Below, piece after piece: positions 22,701 through 31,700 of a stretch of DNA of 64,000 nucleotides (positions within the stretch are counted from its first letter, which is position 1; each line of letters starts with the position of its first letter). The notes beneath the pieces are model-generated. The model did not search any database. It saw only the letters and a list, made by a program, of their open reading frames with translations, and was not told the DNA's origin. The translations under genes were made by a program, and so were the position numbers. The stretch is from Vicugna vicugna (lineage: Eukaryota): positions 1 through 64,000 of the forward strand of contig MU062035.1 in the NCBI GenBank assembly GCA_013265495.1. Reading direction: 5' to 3'.

Positions 22701-25700
22701 TTTATAAATTGTTTGAATTACTTTTAAAATCATGCTGTTGTGTTCAACTTCCATGCTTACGATCGCTCAAACCAACAGCTGGGAAAGTGTTGCCGAGCTG
22801 AGGCCTCATGGGGACAACTTTAATGAAAAGAGAACCGTTTGGAAGGGCAGGAGTGTATTAATTATCAGCCTGCAGATGGAGACGGCTGATTATAAACGGG
22901 CCTCTCTCAAGTCAGTTCAGCAAGGGGCCCCCTCCCATCTCCCACTCCCCCACCCACCGTCTGGTTGCACCATTGACTTGCTGAGTAAATCCTTTCTTTA
23001 GAGGGAGAGAAGTCTTCTGGTCTCCACCAGTGACAACCCTGGCCCAGCGGCATCTGATTCAGCTCCAGCTCCCAGAGCAGTGATTGGCTGGGCCTGGAAA
23101 GTGTCCCTCTAAAGTGAGAAGGCTGGAGCCAGCCCTAGATGGGCAGCGAGGGGGACTCGGCCCAGGACCTTCTCATCCTAGAAGGGAGCCTGTCTTTGGG
23201 CCAGAAGGTTCCAGCTCAGAAGCTGAGTGCTGGGCCGCCTCCGAGAGGACTGGAATCAGTGCCCCACTCACCCAGCCTCACTCTGCCTTCTGTGCCTCGG
23301 ATTATAAAACAGAAGTTGTTGGCCATTAACTCTGAGCCAGGTGGGGAGCCTGGGCCTTTGTGGATGTGCCGCACCTGGTCCTGCCCTCCGGGAGCTGATG
23401 GTCTGGAGGGCAGCTGGCCAGATGAGCAGCAGTTATCCAGTGTGACGAGTGCCAGGACCCCGCAGAGGCTCTGGGCACCAGGGGAGTCCTGATCTGGCAC
23501 CGGGTCCCAGAGGGGTTTGGGGGAACGGTATCTCAGCAGAGTCCTGCAGGAGTTAAGGAGGTAAAGAGGCTGGGTGGGAGGCCTGGAGACAAGGAAGTGG
23601 GGAGACCCTGTGATTCTGGGTGGCTGAGGGGCAGGGGGAGGGGACGAGAGTGAAGCCAGGAGCCCACCCTTCCTTCCCTCAGTCCTTCTTCCGATGACAT
23701 GTCTGCTCTGCATTGAACACTAGGCTGACTCAGAGAATTCATTTTTAAAGTTCCGTGTGTGATTAGTGCCTTAAAGGAAATTTCCAGAGGCAGAGCAGCA
23801 GGTCAGGGGAGCGAGTTCAGACAGCATAGTCAGAGCAAGCCCCTGCATGTGGAGAGGAGAGACCTGGGGGTGAGAAGAGAGCCTGGGTGGGGCTGGAAGG
23901 AAGTAGGTGTGGTGGTGGGGGGGCAGACCCTCATCACCCAAGGATCAAAGAACTCATTGCATCTGGGAAGCACCCCCAAAACCTGAGCCCGGTGGGTATG
24001 GGAGCCTGGACCCTGTGAGGCCCCTCTAAGGACTTCTGGTTTTATTCCTGCAAAGGGGAGCCACAGGAGAGGTTTCTTGTTTTATTTCAACCTGCTCTGT
24101 TCTTTTTTCCCTCTTTTACTGACTCTTTATTAATTGAGTGTTCCCACTACTGGCTTATGAGCTAGACTTCTTTGTTATTGTTAGTTTCTTTGCAGGGGCA
24201 GGGATTAGTTTTTTTAAATTATTTTTTTTGGATGGAGGTACTGGGGATTGAACCCAGGACCTCACACATGCAAAGCATGTGCTCTTCCACTGAGCTANNN
24301 NNNNNNNNNNNNNNNNNNNNNNNNNNNNNNNNNNNNNNNNNNNNNNNNNNNNNNNNNNNNNNNNNNNNNNNNNNNNNNNNNNNNNNNNNNNNNNNNNNNN
24401 NNNNNNNNNNNNNNNNNNNNNNNNNNNNNNNNNNNNNNNNNNNNNNNNTCTCCCCTCCCCCAAGTATAATGGCCACCACTCTACTTTGTCTGTATGAANN
24501 NNNNNNNNNNNNNNNNNNNNNNNNNNNNNNNNNNNNNNNNNNNNNNNNNNNNNNNNNNNNNNNNNNNNNNNNNNNNNNNNNNNNNNNNNNNNNNNNNNNN
24601 NNNNNNNNNNNNNNNNNNNNNNNNNNNNNNNNNNNNNNNNNNNNNNNNNNNNNNNNNNNNNNNNNNNNNNNNNNNNNNNTCAATTCATCCACCAATGAAC
24701 ACTTCGGTTACTTCAATGTTTTAGCTATTGTGAACACGGGTGTACAAAAAAATCCTTTCAAGACCCTGAATTCAATTCTTTTGGGTATAGACTCAGAAGT
24801 GGCTTTGCTGAATTATATGATAACTCTATTTTTAATTTTCTGAGGAACCACTGTACTAGTTTTCCACAGCAGCTGTAGCATTGTATGTTCTNNNNNNNNN
24901 NNNNNNNNNNNNNNNNNNNNNNNNNNNNNNNNNNNNNNNNNNNNNNNNNNNNNNNNNNNNNNNNNNNNNNNNNNNNNNNNNNNNNNNNNNNNNNNNNNNN
25001 NNNNNNNNNNNNNNNNNNNNNNNNNNNNNNNNNNNNNNNNNNNNNNNNNNNNNNNNNNNNNNNNNNNNNNNNNNNNNNNNNNNNNNNNNNNNNNNNNTTC
25101 TTATATCTTTGGAGAAAATGTCTATTCAAGTCTTCTGCCCATTTCTGAATCAGGTGGTTTCTGGGGGTTTTTGGTTGTTGTTGAGTTTTAGGAGTTTTCT
25201 TTGCTCCCTTACGTAGTCCAAATTTCCATATGGTTATTATTTTATTTCCTCTTGAAGAAGTTCCTTTTACATTTATTGTAGTTCATTCTTCTGATAATAA
25301 ATTCTTTCAGTTTTACTTGTTTAAAAAGTCTTTGTTTCCTCCCTCATTTTTAAAGACTTTATTTTTTAGAGCAGTGTTAGTTTCACAGCAAAACTGAGAA
25401 GCTACAGAGATTTCCCACATCCCTCCTGCCTTCACACGTGCACAGCCTCCATTATCAGTATCCCCCAGCAGGTGGAACATTGGCTGCCATTGAACCTACA
25501 TTGACACATCATAGTCATCCAAAGTCCTTACTTTACATTAGGGTTCACTCTTGGTGTCTATTCTGTGGATTTGGGCAAACATTTAGTGCAAATCATCCAT
25601 TATTACAATGTTATACTGAACAGTTTCACTGCCCTAAAAATCCTCTGTGCTTCACCTACTCATCGCCGCCTCATCCAAACCCTCGAAAACATGGAACTTT

Positions 25701-28700
25701 TTGTGTCTCCATAGCTTTGCCTTTTCCAGAATATCATACAGCACGTAGCCTTTTCAGATTGGCTTCTTTCACTTAGTAATCTGCGTTCGAGTTTCCTCTA
25801 AGTGAGGGCTTTAAGCAGAGGAGTGACATGATCTGACTGATGTATTTGAAAGGCCATCTGGCAGCCATGGAGAAAGCGGACTAGAAGGGGCAAAGGGGTG
25901 TGGTGGGAGCAGTCAGGGAGGTAGTTAATGGAAATCTATGCCAGAGGTGGCCATGACTTGAACCCAGAAAAGGAGACAAGGGGGTCAGGCACACTGACCA
26001 GAGTGATGGATAGATGGAGGGGGAGGAGGAGGAGAGGAGAGGCGAGGCAGGGCAGGTGAGGGCGGGGAGACGGATGACCATCAGGGGTGGGGAAGTGCTG
26101 AGAGAGGGGACCGGCGTTTCATTTGGAGCCTGTTAAATCTGAGATGCCTGTGACAGGAGGAGATGCCAAGAGGGCAGCTAGTTAGAATCTGGGACTCAGA
26201 AGAGAGGAGAGACGGGAGGTGTGGATTTCGAGTCTCCCTTTACAGCAGTGATGCAGAGCCCTGGAAATGGCTGTTGGCCAGAGACAGGAGTGTATGGGGG
26301 TGGGGAAGGGAAGGGGTTGCGAGGGAAGATGTACCCACTTTAAGGCAACATCTACCCCTGGCATGGAGCTGAGTAGCCGCTCAATACACATTCTTGGAAT
26401 GAAGGAAAGACCGCGAGGAGGAGGAGGAGCCGCCTAGGAGACCAGTAGGACGGAGGCGGGATCTGCTAGCTCTGTCCTGCGGAAGGAATGGGAGAGGCCC
26501 CAGAGGCAAGGAGACCAGTCCTGGGGGAGACAATGGTGCCTGGAGTGAGTGGTGGAGAGTAGAAAGGAGGAAGCTGAGTCAGGTGAGGTTGAAAATCCCA
26601 CCCACTTTTCCAGCGTGGTGGCCAATGGGGCAAACCGCCTCACTGCTTCCACCCCACCCAGGCTGGGGGGTGGGTGAGGGGTGCTCCCTCTGCTGGTCCT
26701 GATCCCAGGCCTGAGGAGGAGGGCGGCAGGCGTCTCTCTGTTAGTCCACCATTTCCCTTTCACATCAGGATCCTGTCGTGGTCCCCCTGGGGAGGCTCCC
26801 ATACCTGCCATTTCTCGATGTCTTCTGCAGGTGGGAGGCGCTGTCCTCACTCCTTCTGCGAGGCTGCCACCCTGTGGCGAGCAGGGGAATGACACCTGAG
26901 GGGACCCCCCCACACACACACCGGAGCACCCACCTTCTGTCCATTTGAGGCGCACTCATTGAGCACCCAATACGTGCATAGCACTGGGTTCAGTTCTGTG
27001 TGGGATACAGAGAAATCTGAGACATGGCAGTGAGAAGAGGACTTGGAATAAGCACAACATGGGGTCAATTCTGACTCTAAGACTTACCACTGTGTGACTC
27101 TGGGCAAAGTCCGAGGAGAGACAGGCCAGATGAAGTCTTTGTGGGCCTCAGGTGGGGGTGCCAGGGGCCCCAGAGGTGCTGCCTCCTGCTGCATATGTCC
27201 CTGCGGCTCTGTCATTGTCCCTTTCCACTCTTGGTGTGTCTGAATGCGGTCTCTTCTCTTTTCCTGTTCCCTCCGTCTGTTGATCCCTTTTCTGTTCTTT
27301 GGGACTCGCTCTCCGTTTCTGTCTCTCCCTCTGTCTCTCGGTGTCTCTGTCTCCCCCCTTCTCTGTCTCTGTCTCTCTCCTTGTCCCTGTGTCTCTCCCT
27401 GTCTTCTCCTCTCCACTCCCTGCATCCACCTCTCCCCATCTCTGCTCTCTCTCTCTTCCTGTCTCTGCTCCCTCCCTGTTCCTGTCTATCTGTGACTTTC
27501 TTGGTCCTCTGCCCACCCTTTGGTTTTGCCTCTCTCTCTCCTTCTCTGCCCACCTCTGCCCCATTGCTCCCCATCCCTCTGTTAATGCCACCTCCCCCAC
27601 CCCATCCTTCTCTCTGGCTGTGCCTCTCCTCACCAGCCTGTCCAAAGCCGCTGACCTGGACCATCACTGGGTGGCCAAGGCCTGGCTGAATGACATCGGC
27701 CTGTCCCAGTACTCCCAGGCCTTCCAGAACCACCTGGTCGATGGGCGGATGCTGAACTCCTTGATGAAGCGGGACCTGGAGAAGCATCTGAACGTGTCCA
27801 AGAAGTTCCACCAGGTCAGCATCCTGCTGGGGATCGAGCTGCTGTACCAAGTAAACTTCAGCAGGGAGGTGAGAACCAGGGCATGGGGGAGGGGCACCTC
27901 CACAGCCCTGCTCCCCCTCTGCATCCACTGTCTTTCCACCCAGCCATCTGCTCATCTGCCCATCCATGCCTCCTTCTGCCCGCTCCTCCCTCCATCCATC
28001 CATCCATCCGTCCATCCCTTCCTCTTTCCCTCCCTTCTTCCAACAACTGCTTCTTGGGTATGGGCCAGATCCTGCTCTCGATTCAGGGGAAACAGGGAAC
28101 CCTCATCTTCCAAGGACCCACTGCTTATCATGGGGAACCACAAAGAAGCTGGTGGCCACAACACCAAGGAAGGTTGTCCCATAAAGCCCAGGGTTTTATG
28201 GAAACCCAGAGGAAAAGCTTCCAGAGATCAGAAAGCCTTCCCAGAGATAGTGACAGCTAATCTGAGACCTGAAGGAGGAATTCCAGGGATCAGTCAATAG
28301 AAGGTATGAGGGGAAAAGCATTCCACTGAGGGAACAGCATAGAGTAAGGCCAGGGGACAGATCTGTGGCCTCAGAACTGAGAGTCCTGTGTGGCTCCCGT
28401 GTTGCGTTTGAGGTGGGCGAGTGAACAGGGATGCTGAGAGAGAAGGAGGGGACTGTGGGCTGTGTTACAGAGTTTGGACTCCTTGTTCTGAGTGCTGCCA
28501 AGCCAGAGAGCCCGGGGCATCTGCTTCAGATCCCCCAAGACCTACTGGCACATGTCCCCAAACAGTCCCCCTAGGGAGGGGCCCTGGGCTGCTGGGTTCT
28601 GTGGGGCTGAGTCCAGACGGCTTACTTTTCTTAGAGCCCTCTCAGAGCACAAGCAATTCAGGGTTGGGAGGAGACAGACAGAAGAGGGGCTTCGTGGCCT

Positions 28701-31700
28701 TCTCAAACACCCAACACAGAGCTCTGGGCCCAGGAAGTGATGAGGACATGGGCCCTGGTCCCAGGGAGCCCCAATACGGTGCAGGAGGCAGATGTGTGGG
28801 AAGATCATGACAGTGACATGTAGAAATGGGCGTGGGGGCTGCGGGCTGCTCAGGGCACGCTGGAGGAATTGTGGGCCCGGGAGCCCTTTGTCCCCAAGGA
28901 GGCCTGTGAAAGCACTCCACACTGACCCCTCTGCAGGTGGCCATGGGGGAGGTTTTGTCCCAGAGTGACAGTCGCTGCCCCCCAGAGGCTGGGTGGACCT
29001 GGGGGGACTCAGCTCCACACAGAAAAGGCCTCGCTGTGGGGCGCCCCTCAACAAATATGCACTGAGCTCCTAATCCAAGGCAGGGGGGCTGGGATATACA
29101 AAGTCCCACCCGGCCCCACCCTCCAGGTGCCGGTGTCTCTGCCTCCTGGCTCCTTCACTTCTGGAAGCAGGCTTCTCCCCATTTCCCAGAGTGGAAGGTC
29201 GAGCCGCAGATTGATGTAGCTTGAGCAGCTGTGGATGGCCCGGCCAGGACCCCCCGCGTCTTTAGGCTGAGGTCCCTGCCAGCGCCGCGGACCCTGGCTC
29301 CCCGTGCGACGCCGGCGTGCTCCCTCGTCCCGCCAGCTGACCCCCTCTCTCCCCCTGCACCAGGCCCTCCAGGAGCGCCGGGCCCGCTGTGAGACACAGA
29401 ACATAGACCCTGTGGTCTGGACCAACCAGCGGGTGCTCAAGTGGGTGCGAGACATTGACCTGAAGGTGAGGGGTGGTGGCGGGAGTGGGGGTGCCTCGTG
29501 GGCACATGCCAATCCCATGCGCGTCTGTGTGCAAATCAGTATCCGTTTCTGTGTGGGCTGGGGCATCGTTGCCCAGGTTGGCAAGAATACCCTGCCTCCT
29601 GTCACTCAGGAGGAGGGAACTCCTCCCCCCTGCCCCCACAGCAGCACCCCATCTCACAGTGGGGGAGGGGTGCTGAGCCACCCTCGCTGTCTGAAGCAAG
29701 TGTGGGGTTGAATCCACATCCATCTTCTCACTTAACAGGTGTTTATGGCTGCCTGCCGAGGTCGGGGTATGTCAGTGACACAGTATCCGGTCGTGGCTCT
29801 CGTGGCCCTAAAAGAGTGGCGGCGGGGATCCCCCTCAGTAGTAAACTAACTGGTCCCCAGGGGACCAAGCACCACCCCCGCCAGCTTACCACCCTCATGC
29901 CTTGCCTTCAGGAGTACGCAGACAACCTGACCAACAGTGGTGTCCACGGCGCCGTGCTGGTGCTGGAACCCACGTTCAACGCTGAGGCCATGGCCACAGC
30001 CCTGGGCATCCCCAGCGGGAAGCACATCCTCCGGAGACACCTGGCGGAGGAGATGAGCGCCATCTTCCACCCGGCCAAGTGAGTGCGCGCTGCTGGCGGC
30101 AGCCCAGGGCTTGGGACACTGACGGTCCTGACTTCCCATCCTGGCCCCTCCCTTGATGGGTCCCACTTGTTTCTTTGCAACACAACCGTCTCCTTTCACA
30201 GACCAGGAAACTGAGGCTCAGAGAATCAAAGTGCTTTAGCTTGACTGAATCACAGACTAGAAAGTGGTAGGGGGGCAGCCAGGCTTTGAATAACGTGTGT
30301 GGTTAAACTGGACATTTAGAGAAAGGAGAGTGACCAGCATGTGTGTGAGGAAAGCCAGGTGAGGGTGGGGAGGGCTTGCACTGGCCTGAGAGACTGAGAT
30401 GGCCATTCCAGGCAGGGCTAACTGTGGGACAAATGTTTGGAGACAGGGATGGGCATGTTAGTGGGGTTTACCATCCAGGTGAGCAGATGTGTCAGCCCAC
30501 CTGCCCCAGGCCCCTCATCTGATAAGTGGCCAGAGAGTAAACACCTGGACAGATGAAGTGGGCCCGCCACGCTGGACGCGGGCTGATGAGCAGAGCGAAC
30601 CCGAGTGGAGGTGTATCCTTGGGTGAGACGCACATCCTCTCTGGACTCCCATTTCCTTTTCAGTAAAAGCAAGAGAAGGGGTTCTGGGGTTCTCCCAAGC
30701 TCATCCAACAGCTCCTGTCCATGAGTCAGGGGGATTGAATGCACTTCACACAAGACCACAGACAGAACTGGCTGTGTGAGTTTAGATTTTCATAGCTTCT
30801 GCACAAACAGCTTCCCCACTAGACCCGGGGAGTCCCTCCCCAGGTGGAGGAGAGAGGGCAGGCATCCGTGAAGACCTCATTTCCCGACCTTCCACGGAGC
30901 AAGATCCTCCCTGTTGTGAGGAAGCCCCGGCCCCTGTGGATCTGAGAACTCAGTTTCCTCTGCCACCCAGCAGCCCTGCTGTCCCTGCATGCCACCCTCC
31001 CCTCCCTTGAACTTTCTCAGCAAAATTTGCTCCGAAAGAAGCAGAGCTTCTCTGACACAGCATAAAAGATGTTAGAAGGTTCATTCTCTTCATGTTTCCA
31101 CTTCTGCGGTGGCCTGAGCTGAGGCTCACAGCCCCAGCCCCTGTCAGCCAAAGCCCCTTCCTTTGTAATATGTTTTAACCATGAATGTGAATTACGATCA
31201 CCCTAGCCATTTCTTGGACACCAGCTAAGCTCCAAAGCACTTTTTAACTAACTCTCACGGCCCCTTCCCAAGGTTGGCTCTAAAATGATCCCCATCTTGC
31301 AGATACAGACACCCAAGTTCTCAGAAATTAAGTGACTTGCTCACGGTCATGCAGTCAATGAAGAGCAGAGCCAGGATTTCAAAGCCACTAAAGCCCCAAG
31401 AAAGATATCGACATAAGCATCTCGGGATTGGCGAGGTTGACCGAGAAGGTGCAGAAACCGCTGTCATTGCTGGGGTCTACCCTGCAGGCAAAGAGAGAAA
31501 GACAAGAGCCCCAGGGATGCAGTGATTTGCCCAAAATCTAGAACAGAAGGAAGGCAGCTGGGAGAACTAAGTTCAGATCTCCTGGTTCTGAACCAGCTTC
31601 TTGCCCCAATGCCATACTCTGTGCGTCGCAGCACTGAGATCTAACACAGGGGCTGGCAGACTTTCTCCATCACAGGCCAGGTAGTAACTATGTGAGCACT

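Noticed and set aside
24155-25216. ORFs containing X runs (also 42026-42283)
   Set aside because: Artefacts of translating across N gaps.
27212-28015. 267-aa minus-strand ORF and neighbouring R/E/G-rich ORFs
   Set aside because: Translation of the CT-rich tract and (CCAT)n repeat on the antisense strand; not protein-like.
27299-28300. 333-aa ORF (and 19401-20234, 29304-29711, 29498-30082, 32184-32675, 34030-34392)
   Set aside because: Each contains a true KAZN exon in frame; the extensions are intronic low-complexity or GC-rich sequence with canonical splice sites at the exon edges.
30202-30266. Possible MIR-derived cryptic exon (tttcacag|ACC...GTG|gtaggg)
   Set aside because: Weak donor and immediate stop; such pseudo-exons are common and nothing else supports it.
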